From IMG/VR virus record IMGVR_UViG_3300025360_000021, positions 1 to 15,922 of that record: a stretch of DNA of 15,922 nt, one strand, 5' to 3'. The notes under the pieces are model-generated. The model did not search any database. It worked only from the letters and a program-made list of their open reading frames with translations, and was not told the DNA's origin. Made by a program: the position numbers and the translations under genes. Shown here one piece after another: positions 7,322-15,236 of the stretch (position 1 is its first letter; each line of letters opens with the position of its first letter).

Positions 7322-8002
7322 ATGGGTATTCCGTTGCCGTTGGTATCGTGTAGTGATAGTACTCTTTCACTATCCAGTTTTTCGGGAAGCGTTACTCTAA
7401 CATTGCACTGCCCTGGCGATTTGATAGAACCAACGCTGTGGAACAATAGGCGATTATGCTTGGAATACCAGTTGTGCTATCTCGGTTTGTTGATTCAGCA
7501 AATAAGTAATCAAAACCTTGGCGTTGGTGATTCATTAACGAATCAGTACAATAATGTCGTTAGTGAGTTATCGAGTTTGCCACCTGTGACGGCAGGACAG
7601 CCAGTCACTCACGAACAATTCAATGCGATTTGGGATCACATCAACCTTGCGTACAACGTATTGACTAATTTCTTCAGTATCGTGTGGGGCTATGGATCAT
7701 TACAACCTGCCCAGGTCGTTCCATATGAGAACCAGTTATTGTACGTCATCAACAACATACCGAAGAAAAAAACGATGGATCTGATGAAATCGAGTGACTG
7801 GAACGCATTGACACAAGCGTTGTACGCAATTGATCAAATATTACAATACATAAAGCAAAATTGGTTGTTACCTGCCATGCAAGGGCAAGTAACGTTTGCA
7901 GGGGTAAACGTGATTGCGACTACATCATTTAGTTCACCATCGATAACCACATCTATCACTAAGGCATCTACGTCAATGACTACGTCGGCAGGTACTGGAT
8001 AA
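7322..8002 (+). CDS. Putative fibre/structural protein with two SDWN-like repeats and a Ser/Thr-rich C-terminal tag
   Basis: PVTHEQFNAIWDHI and LMKSSDWNALTQAL; ends TTSFSSPSITTSITKASTSMTTSAGTG. Confidence 0.75.
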   Translation: MGIPLPLVSCSDSTLSLSSFSGSVTLTLHCPGDLIEPTLWNNRRLCLEYQLCYLGLLIQQISNQNLGVGDSLTNQYNNVVSELSSLPPVTAGQPVTHEQFNAIWDHINLAYNVLTNFFSIVWGYGSLQPAQVVPYENQLLYVINNIPKKKTMDLMKSSDWNALTQALYAIDQILQYIKQNWLLPAMQGQVTFAGVNVIATTSFSSPSITTSITKASTSMTTSAGTG

Positions 8003-8010
8003 TTACCGTG

Positions 8011-8023
8011 ATTAAAAACAAAT
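8011..8023 (+). promoter_or_regulatory. Conserved upstream motif ATTAAAAACAAAT
   Basis: Exact copy; 25 nt to ATG 8049. Confidence 0.8.
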
Positions 8024-8048
8024 GAGTGATTACGATTCATTGTTTTGT

Positions 8049-8222
8049 ATGAGTAACACGGTGGGCAGTGCAACGTGTAATGTAAAGGATTTAATGACTA
8101 AGCAACAACCATTCATCAAATTCCCAATAGTAACTACGTCCACATCATTTAGTTCACCATCAATATCGGTGGTTATTGCCAAGGCATCCACATCAATGAC
8201 TACGTCGGCAGGTACTGGGTAA
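8049..8222 (+). CDS. 57-aa protein consisting largely of the shared Ser/Thr-rich C-terminal tag
   Basis: ATG 8022 lies inside the motif, whereas ATG 8049 fits the 25-nt spacing. Ends TSFSSPSISVVIAKASTSMTTSAGTG with synonymous divergence from the upstream copy. Confidence 0.75.
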   Translation: MSNTVGSATCNVKDLMTKQQPFIKFPIVTTSTSFSSPSISVVIAKASTSMTTSAGTG

Positions 8223-8230
8223 CTATCGTG

Positions 8231-8243
8231 ATTAAAAACAAAT
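8231..8243 (+). promoter_or_regulatory. Conserved upstream motif ATTAAAAACAAAT
   Basis: Exact copy; 23 nt to GTG 8267. Confidence 0.8.
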
Positions 8244-8266
8244 GATTAAATGCCATTTACATCGAT

Positions 8267-9133
8267 GTGTCAATAGCAATTGAGGAAATAGCAAGGAATT
8301 ACATTAGGTACGGTGCAAAAAGGCTAGGCATCGAGGATAGGTTAAATCGATTCACGGCATACATAAAATCGCTAGATAAATCATGTGCAAGGAATGATGT
8401 TGTATCTCACTACGTGGATTCGGTCTTCCTACCAATCCTGGAAAATAGCGAACAATTAGCCGTTGCCGTAAGCAAAAAAGAAATCCCTAGATATTATAGA
8501 AATAGATTTACTAGGGCACTTAGTACTAGGGATAGGGCTTTCATTAGGTGGTTCCTAAAGAATTACGTAATGAATTACACGGATGTTGATGCTGTGGTTA
8601 GCAATAACTACCAATTACTCCCGTGCTTCTTCGGTTACTGCTTTAATGTTTGCCCTATTGGTGGTGGTACATGTGCCAGCAATGCGGTTTATACATGCCT
8701 ATCCCTCACTGAGTTGCCTCAGACACAGCCTTGCTGTACTGGGACTTATTTTAATGCCTATGGTAAGGTTTTTGACCTGGTTGATAATGCACCATGGGTT
8801 AGTAGCTACAGTACTGGTGGGTTTGGCATTAATACCCAAGTACCTCAATCCGCAGGAACGTTTACACTAACTGGGAGTGTAACGGGACCATCCTGCTTTC
8901 CATCAAGCGGTGTAACCCTTAACCTAGACCTTATTGTGAGTGTTACTGGTTCTACTAGTGGTACATGTGCCAGTAGTTGCCCAAGTGGTGCACCGTGTAT
9001 TACTACAGGTGTTCCGTATTGCCCAGGTACAGTGTATAGTGTAGCTTATTTCCCAGTGCTTTACTACAGCGTTAATCAAACCGTATTGCCTAACTCATCA
9101 TATAGTGTTTGGTGGCAGGTTTCTGTTTCATGA
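8267..9133 (+). CDS. Cys-rich probable virion/attachment protein
   Basis: 288 aa with a basic helical N-terminal third and a Gly/Ser/Thr/Cys-rich beta C-terminal region; 13 Cys; GTCAS occurs twice. Confidence 0.72.
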   Translation: MSIAIEEIARNYIRYGAKRLGIEDRLNRFTAYIKSLDKSCARNDVVSHYVDSVFLPILENSEQLAVAVSKKEIPRYYRNRFTRALSTRDRAFIRWFLKNYVMNYTDVDAVVSNNYQLLPCFFGYCFNVCPIGGGTCASNAVYTCLSLTELPQTQPCCTGTYFNAYGKVFDLVDNAPWVSSYSTGGFGINTQVPQSAGTFTLTGSVTGPSCFPSSGVTLNLDLIVSVTGSTSGTCASSCPSGAPCITTGVPYCPGTVYSVAYFPVLYYSVNQTVLPNSSYSVWWQVSVS

Positions 9134-9145
9134 TTAAAAACAAAT
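9133..9145 (+). promoter_or_regulatory. Conserved upstream motif ATTAAAAACAAAT
   Basis: Exact copy overlapping the upstream TGA; 24 nt to ATG 9170. Confidence 0.8.
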
Positions 9146-9169
9146 TTTTTCGTTTCCTGTGTCAAATCG

Positions 9170-9946
9170 ATGGGTAAGTACAAAATCCTTTTTGAGGGGG
9201 ATCGAACGATTGTGGTTCAACTGAAGGATGGGATTAAGGCGCAAGACTTGGTTGAAAAAGGCGTTTTCATTCAGAAGGCAGATGGTCTTTATGATAAGAA
9301 AGGTAGGAAGGTGATCATCAGCGATAGGGAGTTTTTTCGCATAGGTGAACCGAGACTTGTTGGTTCATGCGGTGGTTCCGTGTATGAGATATTTGATAAC
9401 GTAGTCGTTAGTGCAGGGCATGTGATGGATTGCGTGGACAGTCTCATTGTGGATAACACGAATTATAAACTAGTGAATAAGGAAGTAATGCTTCCTGGCA
9501 CTTATCCGCAATGGTTGTGGTATATATTCGATTTGTTTGGTTACGAACCCTATAGCCCTTATGACTACGGCATAGCCACAATCCAAGCTAATCAATCGAT
9601 CAAGTACAATGCTGATAAGCCGTATCCACACGCTATCTATGTGGCAGGTAATTGCATGTCCAAGTACGATCAGAATTGTTTAGGGATTGCACTTGCAACA
9701 CCGAACATGGAAATATCAGACCTAAATGCCTTAATCGATAGGCAGTTAATGCTTGATTGCACATACTGGAACTACCAAGCAGTTGCGGTTGGTGTTGATG
9801 TAGGTAAAGTATTCGTTAATTACGGCGATGGTGAGTACGCATTACTGAGACCTGCCCTACTAATGCGATTCCTGAATTTATCGGGAATACCAGGTTGTTC
9901 GGGCAGTATGGTTTACCCAACGACGTCGTACCCAGACTTTCCATAA
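9170..9946 (+). CDS. Putative chymotrypsin/trypsin-like serine protease (clan PA)
   Basis: CGGSVY...VVVSAGHV (H84), YDYGIATI (D132) and PGCSGSMV (S244) in canonical H-D-S order. Confidence 0.72.
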   Translation: MGKYKILFEGDRTIVVQLKDGIKAQDLVEKGVFIQKADGLYDKKGRKVIISDREFFRIGEPRLVGSCGGSVYEIFDNVVVSAGHVMDCVDSLIVDNTNYKLVNKEVMLPGTYPQWLWYIFDLFGYEPYSPYDYGIATIQANQSIKYNADKPYPHAIYVAGNCMSKYDQNCLGIALATPNMEISDLNALIDRQLMLDCTYWNYQAVAVGVDVGKVFVNYGDGEYALLRPALLMRFLNLSGIPGCSGSMVYPTTSYPDFP

Positions 9947-9958
9947 TTAAAAACAAAT
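9946..9958 (+). promoter_or_regulatory. Conserved upstream motif ATTAAAAACAAAT
   Basis: Exact copy overlapping the upstream TAA; 21 nt to ATG 9980 or 27 nt to ATG 9986. Confidence 0.8.
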
Positions 9959-9979
9959 TATTCGTTGTGGATTTTCAAA

Positions 9980-10618
9980 ATGACTATGGACATCCCATCT
10001 GTGATTAGGACTATGGGATGGAAGAAAACACTACCGATAATGCTGTTACTACTAACTATAACGCCAACGGTCTTTGCACAGAGTGGTGGCGATCAAATCA
10101 TATACATAGATCCGTACTCATTGATAATGCTGTTAATATTCCTAGCCATCGGATTAGCACTTATTGCTTTCGTGTTCGGTTTTATCTACAACGCAAGTGC
10201 GCAAGATAAGTTTATTTCTGTTTATCAACAAACATCACAAGCACAGACAACGATCATGAATTCCATGGCACAGGCAATAACGACAAACCTAAATGTACAA
10301 ACAGGCGTTATGTTAGAGGAAGCAAGACACAGGATGAATATGGATGATAGGTGGTATAATTTGATGGCACAGCAACAAGCCTTTATGCAATACTTAGAGA
10401 ATAGGCAAGAAAACACGTACGAAAAGCAAGTTGATGCTAACATACAGTTCATGAACAACGTGTTCAACCTGCTAGCCATGCAAACGGCATTTAGTGATAT
10501 ATCGCAACTCAATACGACTAAGCTTAAGGCTATGGCTATACAGTCCGCCAAGCCTTACGAGATTGAGGTCGTAACGACGGAAACGCCTGAGAAAAAGGAA
10601 ACGACCACGAAGACGTGA
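9980..10618 (+). CDS. Membrane protein: signal-peptide-like N-terminus, one TM helix and a long Gln/Met-rich helical domain
   Basis: KKTLPIMLLLLTITPTVFA-Q resembles a Sec signal; SLIMLLIFLAIGLALIAFVFGFIY is a TM segment. Start 9980 or 9986. Confidence 0.78.
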   Translation: MTMDIPSVIRTMGWKKTLPIMLLLLTITPTVFAQSGGDQIIYIDPYSLIMLLIFLAIGLALIAFVFGFIYNASAQDKFISVYQQTSQAQTTIMNSMAQAITTNLNVQTGVMLEEARHRMNMDDRWYNLMAQQQAFMQYLENRQENTYEKQVDANIQFMNNVFNLLAMQTAFSDISQLNTTKLKAMAIQSAKPYEIEVVTTETPEKKETTTKT

Positions 10619-10643
10619 TAACGATTGATTATTGACTATCCTT

Positions 10644-10656
10644 ATTAAAAACAAAT
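10644..10656 (+). promoter_or_regulatory. Conserved upstream motif ATTAAAAACAAAT
   Basis: Exact copy; 27 nt to ATG 10684. Confidence 0.8.
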
Positions 10657-10683
10657 TGTTTCTTTACAATCAAAATCCTTGAT

Positions 10684-10923
10684 ATGAGTACTAACGTGAG
10701 TGTTATCATTAGGGAGATACATAGGGCAGACGTTCCTGGGAACACACACTACATAGCAAGCGTGCAATTACTTGATGGCGAAGACGGTTGGGTAAGCCCT
10801 GCCTTTCCAGTTGATTTTCACGACAAACACGAACTAGAACGAAAAATAGCACAGGAAGTAACAATGTACGTCATGGCTAAGCAGAACTTCGGTAAGCACA
10901 TAGCCAGGGGCAGGTGGTTATGA
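10684..10923 (+). CDS. Small hypothetical protein (three strands plus helix), coupled to the large gene
   Basis: 79 aa; its TGA overlaps the next ATG (ATGA at 10920-10923). Confidence 0.78.
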   Translation: MSTNVSVIIREIHRADVPGNTHYIASVQLLDGEDGWVSPAFPVDFHDKHELERKIAQEVTMYVMAKQNFGKHIARGRWL

Positions 10924-13900
10924 GTTACATACCATTCAACATAGATGAAATCAAGGTATTAATCCAGGACAACCTAGCCAACGGCGTAATCGAGAAATCA
11001 TTATCAGAACTGAAGGAAACGGATCTAGCCAAGGCAGTCATCGAGTATGGTGGTTTAACCGATCCAATAGGGCAGTTGGAATCATGGATAGCACAGCAAT
11101 TACAATCGTTCGGTAATTGGTTGGTTCAATCATTCCAGGCAATCATTAGCCCTATCGTTTCGGCTATCAACACGGTATCGAGTTATGTGGCACAGGGGTT
11201 TGCATCGTTATCATCAATGATTACGCAATCGTTCCAGTCATTCGCATCGCAAATAACTAGTGCATTATCGAGTATCCAATCGGCATTCCAATCCTTGGGA
11301 TCAACATTCCAATCATTCGCTAGCCAATTGGGATCAACGTTACAGTCATTCTTTAGCCAAATATCGTATGCATTGACTACGGCATTCTCTCAATTATCGA
11401 GTGCATTCCAGAGTTTGGGATCACAGATCCAAGGTGCATTCTCGGGCATTGTTTCGGCATTGAGTTCCTTAGGATCCCAAGTACAATCGGCATTGAGTAA
11501 CTTCGCCAACGTACTAACACACGTTGTTTTTCCGAGTATCCAGAATTGGATCACGTCAGTCGTTAATTCTGTAATAAGTGGCTTACAGTCATTCGCAAGC
11601 CAGGCACAGACTGTCTTTAGCAACATCGTGAGTGGGATAGAGTCATTCGGCAAGACATTGGAAGGTGTACTAGGCACGTTCTGGAATGATTTACAGAATG
11701 CGTTTAGCACGATCGGTAAGTACGTAACTGGTTTCGTATCATCGATAGAGAAAGGGTTTGAGCAATTCATCAAGGATGTCCAAGCATTCGGTGGCATGAT
11801 ACAATCAACACTATCAAGCATTGGATCCCTCATTCTAAAGGGTTTCGTGGATATCGGCAGGGGATTTGAGTCGTTATTTAGCGATATTCAGAAGGTGTTT
11901 GCGGGATTCGTAAAGTTCATGGAAGGGATACCGAAGATGCTAAGTGAGATCCCAAGTAAGGTCTTTGAGGCTGTGTATAAAGCATTTTTAGACTTCCTAA
12001 AGATCACGGGCATCGATAAGGCGTTTACAATCATTGTTGATTTCTTTAGGAACGTGGCTAAGTTCTTCGAGAATTTGGGAAATAACCCAATCATTAAGGC
12101 GATAATTAAGGACTTTGAGTTGTTCGCATCGGGCATCGAAAATGCATTCACTAATTTCTATAATATATTAATAGGAATATATCACTGGATAGCTAAAGCA
12201 TTGCAATCCTTGGCAACTGATTTCATGAACACCGCTAAGTCGTTGGCAAGCAGTTTCTTGGGTTTGGGTAAGGGATTTACGTCGTTCGTTGTTGATATTA
12301 CTAAGTTCGGTGTTTCATCGCTTTACCTACCTGTGGCGATTGAGACGTTGCCGTTACTAATGACAATGAGTATTTTCAAATCGGAACCGTACATAATCAT
12401 AAAGAGTGGTGTGGATCCCATCAAAGTTGCGATTCCCGATCTAATTAATGCGTTCGGTGCTATATCGCTGATTTCGGCATCCGTGTTCGGTGTCGTGTAC
12501 GGCATAGGTGCATTGATTGAGAAAATCGGATCAGCAACTGGATCCCAAGAAATAGATTTGTCACCATTGGGATTAGGTGTAAAGCTAAGGCTTAACCTAG
12601 GCAAGCTATTGGAACCAATCGGTAACCTACTCGAAAAGGTTGGTGATGAAATAGGCAGGGGCTTAGCACTAAGCGGTTCGTTAGCGTTTATGGAACCGTT
12701 ACGTTATATATGGCGTTACGTGTGGTGGTTGGTGTTCTACGCCATGGGTATGGGAAACATGCCGTTCGAACTACCTGGACATCACGAATTGTTTGACATT
12801 GCCAGGAGGTTCGATGTTACACAAAACATAAACTATATAGCTAACACAATGATATATAGAGGCTTCCCGTACTGGTATATAGCAAAAACAATAGCATTGC
12901 CAACCACGTTCACATCTATAGACGTGGCTAATCAAGCGTTAGGTGATTTCAAAAAGGAAATACAGAATAACTACATCACGGTGGTTGATAAGTTCGGGAA
13001 TACCAGGATCATACCGATTGCACCATTGTTTGAATTGCCAACGACACACGACTTGGTTGAATTCATGCTTAGGGATTTGTTCCTACCTGCCAGGGCACCG
13101 CCTGCCGAACAACCTGCATTAGCATATCAATCATTTATCAAGGCTATGTGGGCACGTGGTGTACCACCAGACGTTGCGTACATGTACTATCTCAGGGCTT
13201 ATGAACTTCCATCAGCAACGCAAGTGTGGGATTTCACAATGAGGGCATTGTCAGGGTTTGCATGGTACGTACCACCGCAGGAAGTACAAACGTTCGCCGA
13301 ATCCGAAGCCAAAATAATCAACGCATTCGTTCCGCAGGTGCCTGCCAAGCTTAACTTCCAGTATAACCTTGTGTTGTTAGCATTGGCAGAGTATCAAAAG
13401 TGGCACGGTAGGGCTCATTTTGCTTGGATTAATGATCCAACGACTGGGAAATCATATACATCTGATGCGTGGTTGATTATTGATCAATCAGCTCACTTAC
13501 TCGATAGGACTGACATTGAGCACCTGGTACGTCATGGCATTTGGGATTACTATCAGAGGAAGTACGGTATTACTAACGAAACAACTATGTACGATGTGTT
13601 GGGTAAGGTTGTGGAACCGCAACCAACGTCACCGATTCAAATATACACGGACTACGTCACGAACGTGTTGATGGCTAGGGGCTTCCATCCGTACGTTGCA
13701 CCGTTGATAGCATTACGTAATGTCTTTGACGTAACGACTGGTGCAAAGACCTTGCTAAGGACAGGTTTGCTGAATCTGATTAGGGAGAATATTGAGTTGA
13801 TACCGATTGCGTTGCAATTAATGAGTCATTTCTTCGATGTGTCCGTGCACGTTGCTTACTTCGATATGTATAACCAAAAGTGGGTAACGGGATGGCTTAA

Positions 13901-15230
13901 TGCACCAGTCCGTTACCTGGATCCCGAGGCTAAGTTACTAGTGCTCAGGGCATTGATGGACAAAGTCAATACGTTTATGAGGTATATGTTCCGTGCACTG
14001 GAATACGGCGTTAGGGATTACCTGGTTGGTGTTAATGACTCAATAAACTACATGGTAGGGTACGTAAAAGACGTGTTGGATAAGTACTATGCACCGCTCT
14101 ATAAATCCATAACAGGCGTTGAAATGCACCTAACATGGGATTCAGCATTTAACGACGCCATAGCTAAGTACTTTGAGATAGAGCAACTGATTGGTACATT
14201 CCGTAGAATTAGGTATTATGCCAGGTATGCGTTATATAGGATCCTAGGGATCATAGGCATGGGGCTTATTCCAAAGACAGAGATTCCTAAGTATATTGAT
14301 GAATTAACAACATTAATGAAAGAAACACCACAAGCAAAGGAAGTATTCATGTTCATTTCAGACCTGGTTTATCACAGATACTTGCTTAGGAACTATGAAA
14401 CGATGGTTAGGGTTTGGTTGGGCAGGCATGCAATGACAATCGATCAAGCCTTGCAAACATTGTTGGCACAGAACATAGATCCAGACTACGCAAAAGCCTT
14501 AGTCAATGCATACGCTAGCCCGTATTATCCAACGATTGTGCAATTGATTGTAATGAGTGAGTACAACCCTGCCTTTTTGGGTAAGCTAGGGCAGGTAATA
14601 CAACTAATGAGGATTCCACAAGATTGGGCACAGATTTGGCAAGATTACGCATACATAAGGGCTTATGTTAGGTGGTTCATACGTGCATTGAATGAGGTCG
14701 TTACTGTGGTTTCCAGGATACCACTGACTGTGAAAATAGTCATGCCAATGACGCAGGGCAATAAGACGGTTACATTGCAGGATGTTGTGAATGATATGTT
14801 TAAGCAAGCACAAGCGTTTGGTTTTGATAGTACTAAGCTTAGCTTCGTTAAGGAACTAATAGACTTTAGGTACGTACTTACTCAATACAGGAATTCAATC
14901 CCAACGCCGTGGCATGCATTGAATTTAACATACTACCTGCCAGACCCTGACACGTTCATAGACAACCTATCACAGAACTGGATCATATCGCAATACGGAG
15001 TATCACTAATCAAGACACTGGCAAGGTTTAGGAAGTACGGCAGGTGGATGTTCGAGACCGTGTACTGGGCAGTCAGGGCTTATGCACGTGGTTACATGGC
15101 AGGGCAAGACCTATACCAATTCTTGCAATCCCTACAATCGTTTGGATTGTCTAAGTACGACATCGAGATGATTAGGAACTGGGCATTCGCAATGAGTTGT
15201 TACTACGGTGCATGCCAATACCCATGGTAA
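10920..15230 (+). CDS. Large virion protein with tape-measure-like amphipathic repeats, candidate terminal fibre/end-structure protein
   Basis: About 1436 aa; GGTGG SD before ATG 10920. N-terminal 7/11-residue F/L-Q-S repeats, a hydrophobic middle segment and a helical-repeat C-terminal half. Size and position are analogous to the largest rudivirus protein (SIRV2 P1070). Confidence 0.8.
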   Translation: MSYIPFNIDEIKVLIQDNLANGVIEKSLSELKETDLAKAVIEYGGLTDPIGQLESWIAQQLQSFGNWLVQSFQAIISPIVSAINTVSSYVAQGFASLSSMITQSFQSFASQITSALSSIQSAFQSLGSTFQSFASQLGSTLQSFFSQISYALTTAFSQLSSAFQSLGSQIQGAFSGIVSALSSLGSQVQSALSNFANVLTHVVFPSIQNWITSVVNSVISGLQSFASQAQTVFSNIVSGIESFGKTLEGVLGTFWNDLQNAFSTIGKYVTGFVSSIEKGFEQFIKDVQAFGGMIQSTLSSIGSLILKGFVDIGRGFESLFSDIQKVFAGFVKFMEGIPKMLSEIPSKVFEAVYKAFLDFLKITGIDKAFTIIVDFFRNVAKFFENLGNNPIIKAIIKDFELFASGIENAFTNFYNILIGIYHWIAKALQSLATDFMNTAKSLASSFLGLGKGFTSFVVDITKFGVSSLYLPVAIETLPLLMTMSIFKSEPYIIIKSGVDPIKVAIPDLINAFGAISLISASVFGVVYGIGALIEKIGSATGSQEIDLSPLGLGVKLRLNLGKLLEPIGNLLEKVGDEIGRGLALSGSLAFMEPLRYIWRYVWWLVFYAMGMGNMPFELPGHHELFDIARRFDVTQNINYIANTMIYRGFPYWYIAKTIALPTTFTSIDVANQALGDFKKEIQNNYITVVDKFGNTRIIPIAPLFELPTTHDLVEFMLRDLFLPARAPPAEQPALAYQSFIKAMWARGVPPDVAYMYYLRAYELPSATQVWDFTMRALSGFAWYVPPQEVQTFAESEAKIINAFVPQVPAKLNFQYNLVLLALAEYQKWHGRAHFAWINDPTTGKSYTSDAWLIIDQSAHLLDRTDIEHLVRHGIWDYYQRKYGITNETTMYDVLGKVVEPQPTSPIQIYTDYVTNVLMARGFHPYVAPLIALRNVFDVTTGAKTLLRTGLLNLIRENIELIPIALQLMSHFFDVSVHVAYFDMYNQKWVTGWLNAPVRYLDPEAKLLVLRALMDKVNTFMRYMFRALEYGVRDYLVGVNDSINYMVGYVKDVLDKYYAPLYKSITGVEMHLTWDSAFNDAIAKYFEIEQLIGTFRRIRYYARYALYRILGIIGMGLIPKTEIPKYIDELTTLMKETPQAKEVFMFISDLVYHRYLLRNYETMVRVWLGRHAMTIDQALQTLLAQNIDPDYAKALVNAYASPYYPTIVQLIVMSEYNPAFLGKLGQVIQLMRIPQDWAQIWQDYAYIRAYVRWFIRALNEVVTVVSRIPLTVKIVMPMTQGNKTVTLQDVVNDMFKQAQAFGFDSTKLSFVKELIDFRYVLTQYRNSIPTPWHALNLTYYLPDPDTFIDNLSQNWIISQYGVSLIKTLARFRKYGRWMFETVYWAVRAYARGYMAGQDLYQFLQSLQSFGLSKYDIEMIRNWAFAMSCYYGACQYPW

Positions 15231-15236
15231 TTACCC

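Larger units (their letters stand above)
7922..8245 (+). repeat. Imperfect direct repeat of 104 bp (7922-8025 and 8142-8245), 220-bp period
   Basis: Manual alignment gives 16 mismatches and no gaps. Each copy spans the last ~26 codons, the stop codon and the downstream motif. Confidence 0.9.

Noticed and set aside
8022-8048. ATG 8022 as start (likewise TTG 9965, TTG 1920, GTG 2368, GTG 2644, GTG 10914)
   Set aside because: These lie within or too near promoter elements or upstream of the SD; downstream ATGs fit better.
7922-8245. Diversity-generating retroelement VR/TR pair
   Set aside because: Mismatches are not adenine-specific, both copies are coding with synonymous changes, and there is no reverse transcriptase in the window.
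900-10654. Other overlapping ORFs (900, 1667, 1865, 2520, 2943, 2975, 3678, 4416, 5918, 7834, 8583, 10018, 10225, 10472)
   Set aside because: Each overlaps a better-supported gene and lacks start signals or motifs.
11390-14813. Antisense and alternate-frame ORFs inside the large gene (11390, 11888, 12323, 13480, 14604)
   Set aside because: Shadow ORFs of a long, repetitive coding sequence with no promoter motif or recognisable protein features.
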